Origin: an uncultured Ilumatobacteraceae bacterium
GTDB taxonomy: Bacteria > Actinomycetota > Acidimicrobiia > Acidimicrobiales > Ilumatobacteraceae
NCBI GenBank assembly: GCA_964393535.1
Contig: CAYMUC010000002.1
Coordinates: 1-62,976 of the forward strand
Direction: 5' to 3'
DNA length: 62,976 bases
Shown in pieces: positions 37,365-51,045 of this stretch. Below the pieces are notes generated by a model, which saw nothing but the letters and a program-made list of their open reading frames with translations, made no database searches and was not told the origin of the DNA. The number at the start of each line of letters is the position of its first letter. The first letter of the stretch is position 1. Both the position numbers and the translations under genes were made by a program.

Positions 37365-38361
37365 GGGTGATCCAACACTCGGCGCACGAGATTCTCGGCC
37401 GCCGTGGTCGCCGTCAGGGCACCTGAACGAACCTCGTTTTCGAGGCGCCGGGCCTCGGCCCTCACCGCCGGGTCGGCGTGAACGAGGGCCATGAGCCGGT
37501 CGTGCACCATCGACCACATCCAGTCGATCTGCTGCTGCGCCCGTTTCTGGGCCAGTTCACCGGTGGCGCTGAGTGCCGCTCGGTGCGCTTCTACTGTGGC
37601 CCACACCCGGTCCACGCCAGCACCTTCCAAGCCGCTACAGGTGAGCACCGGTGGATGCCAGGTGGGGGTGATGGGATCGAACAGGTGCAGGGCGTCGGCG
37701 AGTTCGCGCGCCGCCCGTTCGGCCTCTACCACATGGCTGCCATCGGCCTTGTTCACCGCCAAGATGTCGGCCAACTCGAGCACCCCGCGCTTGATGCCCT
37801 GCAGCGAGTCGCCGGTGCGCGCCACCATCAGCACGACAAAGCAGTCGACCATCTGGGCCACGGCGGTTTCCGACTGACCCACGCCCACGGTCTCCACGAT
37901 GACGACGTCGAAGCCGGCGGCCTCCATGATCACCATGGCTTCACGGGTGGACCTGGTGACGCCTCCCAGCGACCCCGACGACGGGGACGGCCGGATGAAG
38001 GCCGCCGGTTCGATGGACAGTCGGGCCATGCGGGTCTTGTCGCCCAGGATGCTGCCGCCATGACGGGTGGACGAGGGGTCCACGGCCAGTACCGCCACCC
38101 GATGCCCACGGCCGGTGAGCAGCGTGCCCAACTCGTCGATGAAGGTGGACTTCCCCGCCCCGGGCACGCCGGTGATCCCCACCCGGTGCGCTCCCCCGGC
38201 ATGGGGCAGTAAGCGAGCGAGCAACTCCTGGGCGCGCTGTTGGTGGTCGGCCCGGGTGGACTCCACAAGCGTGATGGCCCGGGCCACCGCCGCCCGTTCG
38301 CCGGCGAGGATGCGCTGCGCCCACTCCTCGACGTCGGGGCCCCCGGCGGCGCCGGGCGTGG

Positions 38362-38365
<4 letters not shown>
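37352..38365 (-). CDS. meaB: Methylmalonyl-CoA mutase-associated G-protein chaperone MeaB/ArgK
   Basis: 337 aa. P-loop ([14 protein letters not shown]), [12 protein letters not shown] and NKAD. Directly downstream of, and overlapping, mutB. Confidence 0.9.
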
Positions 38366-40586
<2,221 letters not shown>

Positions 40587-40590
<4 letters not shown>

Positions 40591-42479
40591 CGGTCGACTC
40601 CTGCATGGGTGAGGGCTCGGCCCAGAACATCGAGGGCGTCGACGCCCAGGGCCACGAACTCGTCGACGCCGGCCTGCTGCAGCGTCTCGATCTGATCGGC
40701 GGGGCGTCCCGCCAGGTACACGCGGGTGGCGCCCGCAGCCTTGAGGGCTCGGGTTGCGTCTGCGGCCAGTTCGCCGTATCGGGCATCCGACGAGCACAGG
40801 CACACGAGGTGGCCCGAGACGTCGCTGTCGATGCTCTCGACGAAGCGGGTGACGAGGCCACCCGCCTCGAACAGGTTCTTGGCGAAGGTGGCCCGTGCCG
40901 TGGAGTCGGCGGGGGTCCCCAGGCCCACCAGCACGACCTCGGGGCGTCGGCCCGTGCGACGCCGGTGGTCGTCAGCCGCTTGGCGAAGAGCCTCGAAGCC
41001 GTCCGCGTAACGACGCCGAGGCAGTGGTGCCAGTCCATTCGCCGTGGTGCTCGACTCGGCGGTTGCGGCGGATGCGGCGGGGATGTCGTCGTCGATGTTG
41101 GGAAACTCGCTCACGCCGGTGATGGCCACCTTGCGGGTGGCGATGTCGGCGCGGCGCTGTTCCCAGGTGGCATCCACTCGGGAGTGCACCCAGCCCGACT
41201 CGAACGCTTCGAGCAGGCCGCCGGCACGTTCGATGTCCTGGAACGCCGTCCAGGCGACCTCGGCGAGGGCCTGGGTGAGGTGCTCCACGTACCACGAACC
41301 GCCGGCAGGATCGATGACTCGGCCCAGGTTGGACTCGTCGAGCAGCACCGCCTGGGTGTTGCGGGCCATGCGCCGGCCCAAGTCGCTGGGCGTCGACGAG
41401 TCGAGGAGGTGATCGTAGGGGCTGACGGTGACCGCATCGGCACCACCCACACCCGCCGCGAAGCACGCCACGGTGGTGCGCAGCAGGTTCACCCAGGGGT
41501 CGTAGCGGGTGGCCATGGCCCGCGAGGTGACGGCGTGGATGCGTGCGGCGCGGGCGTCGGGGGCGGCACCGGCCGCCTCGGCCACCCGGTGCCACAACAG
41601 ACGCAGTGCCCGCATCTTGGCGATGGTGAGGAACTGGTCCGAGGTCGCCGCCACCCGCAACTCCAGTTGGGCCAGGGCGGTGGCCAGGTCCACACCGGCG
41701 TCGGTGAGCCAACGCAGGTAGGTGACCCCGGCAGCCAGCGCCCCGGCCAATTCGTCGGCGTCACTGGCACCGGCGTCGTGCCACGGCGTGGCATCGGCCA
41801 CCAGCGTGCGTACCTGTGGGGTGTCGCTGGCGACGCGCTGTACCAGCGACACGACCTCGGCGATGTCGGCTCGGACGTCGGCGAGCGTGCCACCACGGCT
41901 CATGAGAGCGCCGATGGGATCGACCCCCAGACAGCCACGGGCTTCGTCGGCGCCGTGACCGCGCCGCTGCCACAACTGCAGCAATGCCTCGGCCGGCGCA
42001 CGGCGACCGCCGCTGTCGAGGGTGACGGGCACCAGTTCGAGGAAGATGCCGGTGAGGGCTCGATCGAGCGTGTCGACGGTGTCGCCCTCGCCACGTGCCG
42101 TGACGTCGAGCCACAGCCCAGTGGTCCCACGCTCCAGTTCGCTCAGCGCCAGGGCCGCCGTTTCAGACCCGTCGTCATGCACCGCAACCCGTTGACGGAC
42201 CTCCCAGCCGTTGGGCACTGCGCCCGCCGCCGTGGATGCCCGGGTGAAGGGGGGTTGGCCCGGGAGTGTCTCGCCCTGGACGGTGACGTCGCCCGCTGTG
42301 TAGAGGGGCTGGATGTCGAGACCGTCGTAGGTACGGCTGACCAACTGGCGCTGGAACCGCTGAGCGAGTTGCTCGGCGGTGAGTTCGGCGCCTTTGGCCA
42401 GCACCCCGTCGACAGCGAGCCGCCATTGTTCGGCGGTCGCGGCGTCGAAGGGGGCGAGGGAGGTGGGATCGACCGTCAT
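40587..42479 (-). CDS. mutA: Methylmalonyl-CoA mutase small subunit
   Basis: Trimmed to ATG 42479 ([23 protein letters not shown]). About 630 aa, MCM-like but lacking the catalytic-subunit signatures. Immediately upstream of mutB. Confidence 0.88.
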
Positions 42480-42513
42480 CGTGCAGTGACTTTCGTTCGA
42501 CCGATAGGACACT

Positions 42514-44334
42514 TCAGGGTACTTCGCGGGGCGGGTTCGGTGCCTGGTCGACCCCGCCGGCCAAGCGTTCGGCCAGGCCACCGATTCGATATGTACGGCG
42601 CCGCACCGACTGCTCCACCGAGGCCCGGTCGCCCACGACCGTGAGGCGATGAGTCGCCCTGGTGATGGCGGTGTACAGCAGGTCACGCGACGCCAGACGT
42701 GACTCGGGTGGGGGCAGCACCACCACGACGTGGCCGAACTCGGACCCCTGACTCTTGTGGATGGTCATGGCATGAACCGTCTCGACCTCGTCCAGTCGCG
42801 CCGGCGACATGAGGCGCACGTCGTCCACCCCGCCGAGACCATCGAAGGCCACCATGGGTCGACCACCGCTCAGCACCACCACACCCACGTCACCGTTGTA
42901 CAGACCCATGGAAGCGTCGTTCCTGGTGACCATGACGGGGCGGCCCGGATACCACGATGGGTCCACGGCACCGAGAGAGACCATGCGCTCGCGGATCCAG
43001 TGATTCCAGGTGTCGACCCCGAAGGCCCCTCGCCGGTGGGCGCACAGCAGGCGCACGCGCCCTAGGACCTCGAGTGCTCGGGCACCATCACCGACCCGGG
43101 CGCGCTCGACCAACTCGTGGAGCAACGGATCGACCGCGCCCACCAGCAGTCGTCGTACCTCGGGGTCAGACCCCGGTTGCTCGATCCAGGTGATGCTGCC
43201 CTGCTGCTCGCTGGTCGTCGGCGGTGTACGAAGCGCCGCCACGGCTCCGTCGACATCGCCACTTCGAATGGACCGAGCCAGGAGATCCAACGGTGAGTCC
43301 GGAGGGAATCGCCGGCTGACCACGAGTTCGGTGATGCACCCGGCCAAGGGTCCACCCTGCGCGCCGGTCACCAGGTCGGACAGCACCGTGCCGGCTTCGA
43401 CGCTGGCGAGTTGTCCGGGGTCGCCCACGAGAACGAGACGAGCATCAGGACGAACGGCATCGAGCACACGGGCCATGAGTGGCAACGAAACCATGGACGT
43501 CTCGTCGACGATGACCAAGTCGTAGGGCAAGGGGTTCGCTCGGTGGAACCGAGGGGTGTCGCGGGTGGACCATCCGATCAACCGGTGCAGCGTGCTGCAC
43601 GGCGCCTCGGCCACCACAGCTGCTGCCTGGGTGGGAAGTCTGGTCGCTGCATGGCGCAACGCTTCCCCCAGGCGTGCTGCCGCTTTGCCGGTGGGTGCCG
43701 CCAACGCCACGCGTGGTCGGGGGCCGTGGGCGCCAGCGCGCGAGACGACTTCGGCCAACAGTGCAGCGACCGTGGTGGTCTTGCCCGTGCCCGGACCACC
43801 CACGATGATGCTCAACGCCCGAGCGAGGCCCTGACGTACAGCGGCGAGTTGCTCGTGCGAACCGTCACCGGTGAGAAGATCAGGGGCTACTCGTAGCGAA
43901 TCGGTGGTGCCGCCAGAAGCGAGCACCGAACGCTGCGAGACGTCGCCAGCCACTCGCCGCTCGTAGTCGTCGTAGCGGTCCAAGTAGACGAGCGAACCCC
44001 TCAACACCAGCGCTGGAGAGGGTCCCTCGACGAGTGGGCAGGTGTGCACCGCCTCGATCCACTCGTCGGGCTCCGGCCAGGGCAACGCATCCACCTGCTC
44101 GGCATCCACATCGTCGGAGTGCACATCGGCTCGTACTCGCCGCAGGTCCACGGCGACGTCGCCCCTCGATGGCGCCTGGGCGGCATAGGCCACCGCCAGG
44201 CTTGCCTCGGGGGTCAGGCCTCCTGCCAACCGCGCCAGAGTCCTCGCGAGATGGACCGAACTGGCGGACAGCAGGCGTGCGATCCGATGCGCGTCCACGA
44301 TGTCGCCGGGGTGTCGTGACTGCGACTCGGTCAT
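42514..44334 (-). CDS. recD: Exodeoxyribonuclease V alpha subunit RecD
   Basis: Trimmed to ATG 44334, an ATGA overlap with the recB stop. SF1 helicase motifs: IVGGPGTGKTTT, VIVDETSMV, TIHKSQGSEF. Confidence 0.9.
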   Translation of the reverse strand: MTESQSRHPGDIVDAHRIARLLSASSVHLARTLARLAGGLTPEASLAVAYAAQAPSRGDVAVDLRRVRADVHSDDVDAEQVDALPWPEPDEWIEAVHTCPLVEGPSPALVLRGSLVYLDRYDDYERRVAGDVSQRSVLASGGTTDSLRVAPDLLTGDGSHEQLAAVRQGLARALSIIVGGPGTGKTTTVAALLAEVVSRAGAHGPRPRVALAAPTGKAAARLGEALRHAATRLPTQAAAVVAEAPCSTLHRLIGWSTRDTPRFHRANPLPYDLVIVDETSMVSLPLMARVLDAVRPDARLVLVGDPGQLASVEAGTVLSDLVTGAQGGPLAGCITELVVSRRFPPDSPLDLLARSIRSGDVDGAVAALRTPPTTSEQQGSITWIEQPGSDPEVRRLLVGAVDPLLHELVERARVGDGARALEVLGRVRLLCAHRRGAFGVDTWNHWIRERMVSLGAVDPSWYPGRPVMVTRNDASMGLYNGDVGVVVLSGGRPMVAFDGLGGVDDVRLMSPARLDEVETVHAMTIHKSQGSEFGHVVVVLPPPESRLASRDLLYTAITRATHRLTVVGDRASVEQSVRRRTYRIGGLAERLAGGVDQAPNPPREVP

Positions 44335-47300
44335 GCGACACCCCCCGTACCCAGCACCCGGTCGACCGCCTCGATGGCAGCGGTCGGCGGACGCCACCAG
44401 ACGACGCCGGCTCCGGGAACATCGGGTGTCATGGCTCGGACGAACAGATAGGCCGCTCCGATGAGGTGGCGGTCGGGCACGTAATCGGAGCGACGCCACC
44501 GCAGGTAGCGGTGCATGGCCACCAGGTACAGCGTGGCTTGCAGCCAGTAATGAGAGTGATTCATCACGTCGAGCAACTCGGTCTGGTCGGCACCGTTGGT
44601 GGGGCCAAGGCGGTTCGTCTTGTAGTCGGCGATCCACACCTGCTGGGCCGTGCCGCACCGGGCCACGAGGTCGATGGAGCCGGTGAGCCGTCCGTCGATG
44701 TCTGCGGGGAGGGCTCCGGCCGCCACTGCTGACGCCCAGGTCTGGGCCGGGTCCTCGGGTGAAAGGTGCTCCACCAGTGCACGTGCCACCATCTGGGAAC
44801 TGACGCCGGCCAGAGGGAGATGAAAATCGAGTTCGTCGAGTCGGTCGGGACGGGCGAGGTGCCGCAGTGACGGAAGGTCGGCCGGACCACCCAGTGGCGT
44901 CTCGAGCACGTCGATCAACCCCGCTGCCAACTGCTGAGGGCTGATGTCGAGGCCACGGTGGGCCAACTCGATCTGACAGCGATCGGTGAGCTCGCCGACG
45001 AGATCGGCGTGAGCGAAGTCGCATCGCTCGAGGATGCGGTGCACCGTGGTGCCGAACCGGGTGCCGCCCGGAGCGGCGAGGAGTCTGGTCGCCACTGCAG
45101 TCGGAGTGGGTTCGTCGGAACCGACTGCACCCTCGACATCATGGGCATCGGCCGTGGCGTCGACCTCGTCGGCACCTCCGATGACGGGGACGTCGAGCGC
45201 GTCGTCGGCGGCAGCCTTGATGGCCGTGAACGACCAGATCCGCCAGCGTCGATCGAGTTCGCGGGTGGCGACGGCGGGCTCGGGCAACTCGTCGATCTCG
45301 GTGGCATGGGATGTGGTGTACGAAGGGGTGCCGGTGCCCGCCGCAACGGCGTCGACGGCGCCTTCGGACCGGGCGGCGAGAGCGACCGGCCCACCTTGGG
45401 CGTCGATGATGGCACGGAACTCCGACACCTTCTTCGGCTCTGCCCACCACACGATGCAGCGGTGCTTTGCCCGAGTGAGGGCCACGTAGGCGAGCCGACG
45501 ATCCTCTGCCCTTCGTTCCTCCTCGTCGGCAGTTTTCACGTCGTGGGGAACCAAGTGGCGCCGGATGGCCTCGGTGGCTTTCTCACCGTAGATGTGCAAG
45601 GTGTCGATGAGGCGCGTGTCGTGGACCGATGCATGGGGCAACCCCTGGCGAGGCGGCGACGACTTCCAGAGGTACGGACACAGCACCACGGGAAACTCGA
45701 GGCCTTTGGCTTTGTGGATGGTGACGACTTGGACAGCATCGTCGTCACGGTCGATGCGCCGAGCCAGGAGCGTGGCCGTGACCCGTTCCTCGGCTGCTGC
45801 CTCGAGCGCATCGAAGCTTTCGAGCGCGGCGGCTGCCGACACGGGGCGGCCAGCGGTGGCTGCCTGCAGCAATTCGGCGATGTGATCGATATCGGTGAGG
45901 TGCCGTTCACCGTCGACCCGGCTCAGCAGTCGCGCCTGCCAACCAGCGGCACCGAGGGAACGCAGGAGCAGTGGTACACCACCACGCTCGAGGTCCTGCG
46001 CCCACTGGTGCAAGCGGTCGACCACGTCGACACCGTCGGCCATGACGAATCGCTGGTCGTCGACCAAGTGCTCCAGTCCCACGCCGACAAACCAGCCGAC
46101 GGCTGCGGCACGGGCCGTCGGCAGATGTCCGGGCCGGGCGAGCGCGGCGAGCAGGACGCGCCATTGCTGGCCGGCGGCGCTCTCGAGCACGCTGTTCGAC
46201 GACGCAGTGGCTGCAGGAACACCTACCGCCGACAGATCGAGAGCCGTCGACGTCGCATCGTCGTTGGATCTGGTCAGGACGGCGATGTCGGCGGGACGCA
46301 GTCGTCGACGGCCGTTCTCGGCACCAGGATCGTCGAGGTACACCTCCGAGCCGAGGAGGTGTTGAACCGTGGCCACGACGTCGTTGCGGACCGCACGCCG
46401 TAAGGACGAACTGTCGGTGGGGACGTCGGAGATCAGACGCATCTGCACCGACGCCACACCCACGCCCCCCAGACGGGACCATGGCGTGCCTTCGGGCGCT
46501 CGCACCGACTCGAAACGCACGGCGTCGTCGCCATAGGTGGTGTCGCGCAGGAGGTGCTCCACGCCCGCGAGAAGCGACGGATCGGAGCGACGATTCACCC
46601 GAAGGGTTCGGACCTGATCACCCGCCACACGGCGCGCAGCGAGGTAGGCCGAGAGTTCTGCTGCCCGGAAGCGATAGATCGACTGTTTGGGATCGCCCAC
46701 CACGACCAGGCGGCGAATGGGGGCTTCGGCAACATCGGTCAGTGGCTCGTGAAAAGCCTGACGGAAGATGTCCCATTGGATCTGGTCGGTGTCTTGGAAC
46801 TCGTCGATGAGGACCACCTCGAAACGCCGCCGCAGCGTCTCCACCAGGTCGCGCTGGACCGGGTCGAACAGCAGGCGCCGCGTCTCCACGAGCAAACCGT
46901 CGAAGGTCTGCTGGCCTCGTCGGTGACGACGCGTCACCACCTCGGTGACCACGTCGTCGACCAACTGCACGATCTCGTCGAGGCGGTGTGCCAGTGCCAA
47001 GCCCTCTGCCTGCTTGCGTTGCTTCGCCACCGTTGCCTCCGACAGATCGGCGGGGTCGAGACACTGCATGACTGCCAATGGCATGGACAGTCGCAACCGG
47101 ACGGCCTTGGCGATGTCGGAAACCTTCGCCGGCAGATCACCTGAGACGGCGTACCGCGCCACGACGACATCGTGGAGGGCTTCGGTGACGTCGCCGTCGT
47201 CGTGCACCATGGTCCCCGCCGCGCTCTGCCACACCCCGGCCGACCCCAGCACCCGGGCGCACCAACCGTGGATCGTGGTGATCCACGCCGTATCGAGTTC

Positions 47301-47630
47301 GGCGAGCGCACGCTCCAGGCGAGCGGCGTACACCGCCCGCTTCGCCCGGTCACGGCCGAGCGCGTCGACGACGGTGTCGTGGTGCTCGGCGTCGTCACTG
47401 GTGAGGTGAGCCAATGCCTGGGTGAGCGAGGCACGAAGTCGCCCTCGCATCTCGGCTGTGGCAGCTTCGGTGAAGGTCACCAGGCACAGCGATGACACAG
47501 CGATGTCGTCCTCGGCGATGCTGCGCACCGCCAGCGCAGTCAGGGTGTAGGTCTTCCCGGTGCCGGCACTGGCCTCGATCATCATGAGGCCTTGGGGTAG
47601 GGGTCCGGTGACATCGAACTCGATACTCAT
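44331..47630 (-). CDS. recB: Exodeoxyribonuclease V beta subunit RecB (UvrD-like helicase + PD-(D/E)xK nuclease)
   Basis: 1099 aa. IEASAGTGKTYTL, VLIDEFQDTD, TIHKAKGLEF. C-terminal nuclease block: GSIDLV...WIADYKTN. Confidence 0.9.
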   Translation of the reverse strand: MSIEFDVTGPLPQGLMMIEASAGTGKTYTLTALAVRSIAEDDIAVSSLCLVTFTEAATAEMRGRLRASLTQALAHLTSDDAEHHDTVVDALGRDRAKRAVYAARLERALAELDTAWITTIHGWCARVLGSAGVWQSAAGTMVHDDGDVTEALHDVVVARYAVSGDLPAKVSDIAKAVRLRLSMPLAVMQCLDPADLSEATVAKQRKQAEGLALAHRLDEIVQLVDDVVTEVVTRRHRRGQQTFDGLLVETRRLLFDPVQRDLVETLRRRFEVVLIDEFQDTDQIQWDIFRQAFHEPLTDVAEAPIRRLVVVGDPKQSIYRFRAAELSAYLAARRVAGDQVRTLRVNRRSDPSLLAGVEHLLRDTTYGDDAVRFESVRAPEGTPWSRLGGVGVASVQMRLISDVPTDSSSLRRAVRNDVVATVQHLLGSEVYLDDPGAENGRRRLRPADIAVLTRSNDDATSTALDLSAVGVPAATASSNSVLESAAGQQWRVLLAALARPGHLPTARAAAVGWFVGVGLEHLVDDQRFVMADGVDVVDRLHQWAQDLERGGVPLLLRSLGAAGWQARLLSRVDGERHLTDIDHIAELLQAATAGRPVSAAAALESFDALEAAAEERVTATLLARRIDRDDDAVQVVTIHKAKGLEFPVVLCPYLWKSSPPRQGLPHASVHDTRLIDTLHIYGEKATEAIRRHLVPHDVKTADEEERRAEDRRLAYVALTRAKHRCIVWWAEPKKVSEFRAIIDAQGGPVALAARSEGAVDAVAAGTGTPSYTTSHATEIDELPEPAVATRELDRRWRIWSFTAIKAAADDALDVPVIGGADEVDATADAHDVEGAVGSDEPTPTAVATRLLAAPGGTRFGTTVHRILERCDFAHADLVGELTDRCQIELAHRGLDISPQQLAAGLIDVLETPLGGPADLPSLRHLARPDRLDELDFHLPLAGVSSQMVARALVEHLSPEDPAQTWASAVAAGALPADIDGRLTGSIDLVARCGTAQQVWIADYKTNRLGPTNGADQTELLDVMNHSHYWLQATLYLVAMHRYLRWRRSDYVPDRHLIGAAYLFVRAMTPDVPGAGVVWWRPPTAAIEAVDRVLGTGGVA

Positions 47631-47631
47631 C

Positions 47632-50600
47632 TCAGTCGTCCTCCGATCTCACGGTGGCGTCGAACGCGCTCCAGAGGCGGTGGGCCCACTGCTCGAGTCG
47701 ACCACCTCCACCCCAGGACTCGTCGGTGGCATCGGGCCATGCGGGTGCCTCGAGCAAGGTCTCCAGTTCGGTGTCGGCAAGCGCCCACGCGATCCACCGC
47801 CTTGCGCTTGCGCCTCTGCCCGCACCCCACGACGTGAGCAACGTGTCAAGTCCTGAGCGGTACAGCGCGTCGGACAGGTCCACATCGAAGGGGATCACTT
47901 CACATCGAGCCCGATCGACAAGGTCGACGACCACGGACAGGGCCTCTTGTGCGGCCTCGACCGAGGTCAGTGCCAGGGTGCGCCCCTTGGCCCCGGCCTT
48001 GGTGGTGTCGCGTCCCACCACCACAGCACTCCACGTTCGATCCGGTAGAGCAACGGTGAGCAACACCAGTTCAACCCAAGCCGACAACACCTGCTCGAGT
48101 CGGAACTGACTCGCAGACAGGCGGACGAGTTGCGTTCCGTGAATCTGCGGGATGCGCCCGGTCACTCGGCGTGGGGACAGATCGTCGAGCACGATGTCGA
48201 CATCGATCACCTCGCCTGGAAGGTCCAATTGCGCTCCCAGCGACCGGGCAATGGCGACGAGGTTGGAGATGTCGGTGCGGAGCCCGTCGGCCACCGCATC
48301 GCCCAGGGCCAAGGGAGGAAGAAGGCCGCGGCGACGGAGCAGGTCGAGTTGGAGAGTCATCGCTGCCTCGGCCTCAGCGGGGTCACGCGCCGACACGACC
48401 GTGGACACCATGCGGTCTCTCATGGTCCACGCCTCCAACGCGTCGAGGTCCAGGGGCAGCACCGTGGGACTGTCGTCGCCGGCCGAAGGCAGCGCCATGC
48501 CGCACCGGTCGCGCAGCAAGGCCTCGACCGGACGGGTGACGCCCCGGATGAGTTCGCTCAGGGTCAAGTCGCCTGTCTCCCGGGTGAGCGATCCTGTGAG
48601 CACCGCCCCGACGATCCGCGGCAGGCGTGCAGAGGCCGAGAGGGCGGCTGCACCGCGATGAAAGGTCCACGCACCCGGTTCGCCCAGGGCACCCGGCTGA
48701 AGCGCACGGGGATTCCACGGCTGACGCGGATGGTCGATGACCCATGTGCGGCCGTGTGAACCGCCCTCGACCAGGGCATCGACCGCCTCGACGAGTTCGG
48801 CCAGCGCTACGGCGGGGGCCACGACCTCGTTGGTACGAACCTCGAACCCGGTGGACACCAGCACGAGGTGGTCCCGCGCCGCGAGAACGGCATCGAGCAG
48901 TTGGGCGCGCCACTCGGCCCGAGGATCGGGGTCACCGACCAGTGGGGCGGCAGCGACCATGTCGTCGCTGGCGGCCACGCCACTCCCCATGAGCCCCTCG
49001 TCGAGACCCACGAGGACCACGACACGGCGTGGCACGCCTCGTTGGCCGGCGAGGCTGGACACGGTGACAGCCCCGGTGTCGAAGCGAGCTCGCCCGGGGC
49101 GAGCACCCAGCCGGGCAACGACCAGTTGCGCCAGTTGGATCGCGTCGACGACGGGGTCGGTGTGCGACGGGTCGGCGAGCCGAGCCGTCTCGCTGAACAC
49201 GGCGAGTTCGCGGTCCAGCGAACCCCATTGCCACGCTTCTCCGTCCGCGAGCCGAGCGAGATCGCTGACCGCCGCCCGCAGTCGCGTGATCCACGTCGGC
49301 ACCGTGGTGGACTCGGACAGGACCCGAACATGGGCTCCCACGAGTTCGACGAACGCGGCGAAGGTCCCCAACAGTGCGAGATCGTCGCCTTCGAGGTCGC
49401 CGGTCGGGGCTACCCCGCCCGGGCCGTGCGTGACGCCCGACCTCATGGCAGCACCGACGAACAACTGATCCAGGCCGCTCTGCACGGTGTTGGACCTCAG
49501 GTCCTCTGGCAGTCCGACCCGGTGATGGTCCTCGGGGGTGAGACCCCAGCGGACACCGGTGGAGAGCAACCACTGTTCGACGAGTCCGAGATCGCCCGCC
49601 GAGAAGCCGAATCGACGCCGTACCGCTGGGAGTCGGGCCAGGTCGAGCAGATCGTCGCGTCGCCAGCGTTGCTCCAAGAGGCCGACAAGACCCGAAGCCA
49701 CGTCGAACAGAGGAGCCTCGCCGCCGAGGGTGCGGTCGGCCACTCGGACCGGTATGGGAGGGACGCCGTCTTCGGGAGCGCCGGCAAAGGCCGCCTCCAG
49801 TAGCGGGGCAAAGGTGGCGACGTCAGTGCACAGCACGGCGACGTCCCGAGGTTCGAAACTCGGAGTGCCGTCGGAGTGACGGCGCTCGAAGAGGTGCAGC
49901 AATGCGTCGCGCACGACATCGGCCTGGCGCGCTGGCCCGTGGCAGCGATGCCAACGAACACTGTCATCGGCCTCCACACGGACGGTCGGCTCGTCCAGGT
50001 CCGCCCGAAGGCCAGCCTGAAGGTGGTCGAGCAACGTGATCGGGGGTTCCGGGCGGTCGGCTCGCGGAGCAGCGGCGACGGAATGCTCACCGCCCAACAC
50101 ACCCAGCACATTGCACTGCGCCTCCCGGGTGGCCCGGCCCCACGACCTCATCAGCTGATGCCGAGGGACGTGCGCCGTGGGATCGTCGGCTCGGGAGAAC
50201 TCGACGGGTCGGCCGCCAATGCGTTGGCGTCGTATCACCTCGGCTATCCGTTGCCACATGTCCACCGACGGCACGGGGGCCAGCAGATGGACCTCACGAT
50301 GCAGAGCCAGTGCGCTGAGCACCTCGAGTTGGAACCACGCCAAGCCCGTGACACCAGCAACGACGAACCGATCGGGAACGTGGCCGACCGGCCCCTCGTC
50401 TCGCAACCGCGCCAGACGATCGAACGCCAGGGCCGCCGAACTGGGTTGACCGAAGTGCTGCGCCAACGCACGCCACAGCACGGGTTGCCAGCGGTGCGCC
50501 TCGGGTAGCGGCCGCCCCAGCGCATCGACGTCGTGGCCGCGCTCCCACGCCAGCACCATGCCAGGTCGCCGCAGGCCATAGCGATCGAACAGGTCGGCGA

Positions 50601-50958
50601 TGGCACGAGCCCTGCCGAGTTCGACCTCGTGCGAGCGGATCTCGGGAAGGGCACCGTCACGCAGCACGGTGGCCACGGCCCAGGTGAGGGTGTCGACACC
50701 CCAGAGGTCATGGCGATCGGTGAGGCCCAACGCCCGACGACCGATGGTGGCAGGAAACACCCACTCGATGTTGGCGACGATGCCGTGGGGACCACCGAGG
50801 CGTTGCGACAACTGCCAGGTGAGCCACGATCGCACGCCTTCGCCTGGAACGGCGACCACATCGGGCGCGAACAGGTCGCCAGACACGTCGGACAACACCG
50901 CTGCCAGTGGGTCGACAAGGGTGGTCAGTCCTGCCCCGACGGTGAGGTGTAGCGCCAT
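47632..50958 (-). CDS. recC: Exodeoxyribonuclease V gamma subunit RecC
   Basis: Trimmed to ATG 50958 (MALHLTVGAG). About 1108 aa. Its stop lies 1 nt before the recB start, and the RecC-like N-terminus is present. The call rests mainly on size and operon position. Confidence 0.85.
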   Translation of the reverse strand: MALHLTVGAGLTTLVDPLAAVLSDVSGDLFAPDVVAVPGEGVRSWLTWQLSQRLGGPHGIVANIEWVFPATIGRRALGLTDRHDLWGVDTLTWAVATVLRDGALPEIRSHEVELGRARAIADLFDRYGLRRPGMVLAWERGHDVDALGRPLPEAHRWQPVLWRALAQHFGQPSSAALAFDRLARLRDEGPVGHVPDRFVVAGVTGLAWFQLEVLSALALHREVHLLAPVPSVDMWQRIAEVIRRQRIGGRPVEFSRADDPTAHVPRHQLMRSWGRATREAQCNVLGVLGGEHSVAAAPRADRPEPPITLLDHLQAGLRADLDEPTVRVEADDSVRWHRCHGPARQADVVRDALLHLFERRHSDGTPSFEPRDVAVLCTDVATFAPLLEAAFAGAPEDGVPPIPVRVADRTLGGEAPLFDVASGLVGLLEQRWRRDDLLDLARLPAVRRRFGFSAGDLGLVEQWLLSTGVRWGLTPEDHHRVGLPEDLRSNTVQSGLDQLFVGAAMRSGVTHGPGGVAPTGDLEGDDLALLGTFAAFVELVGAHVRVLSESTTVPTWITRLRAAVSDLARLADGEAWQWGSLDRELAVFSETARLADPSHTDPVVDAIQLAQLVVARLGARPGRARFDTGAVTVSSLAGQRGVPRRVVVLVGLDEGLMGSGVAASDDMVAAAPLVGDPDPRAEWRAQLLDAVLAARDHLVLVSTGFEVRTNEVVAPAVALAELVEAVDALVEGGSHGRTWVIDHPRQPWNPRALQPGALGEPGAWTFHRGAAALSASARLPRIVGAVLTGSLTRETGDLTLSELIRGVTRPVEALLRDRCGMALPSAGDDSPTVLPLDLDALEAWTMRDRMVSTVVSARDPAEAEAAMTLQLDLLRRRGLLPPLALGDAVADGLRTDISNLVAIARSLGAQLDLPGEVIDVDIVLDDLSPRRVTGRIPQIHGTQLVRLSASQFRLEQVLSAWVELVLLTVALPDRTWSAVVVGRDTTKAGAKGRTLALTSVEAAQEALSVVVDLVDRARCEVIPFDVDLSDALYRSGLDTLLTSWGAGRGASARRWIAWALADTELETLLEAPAWPDATDESWGGGGRLEQWAHRLWSAFDATVRSEDD

Positions 50959-51045
50959 GTGGAGCACGGTACTCAAGGGGTGTGGCACGCCTTTACGGGC
51001 CAGAGATCACGAGGCTCGACGCATGCAACGCCGTAGGGTGGGTGG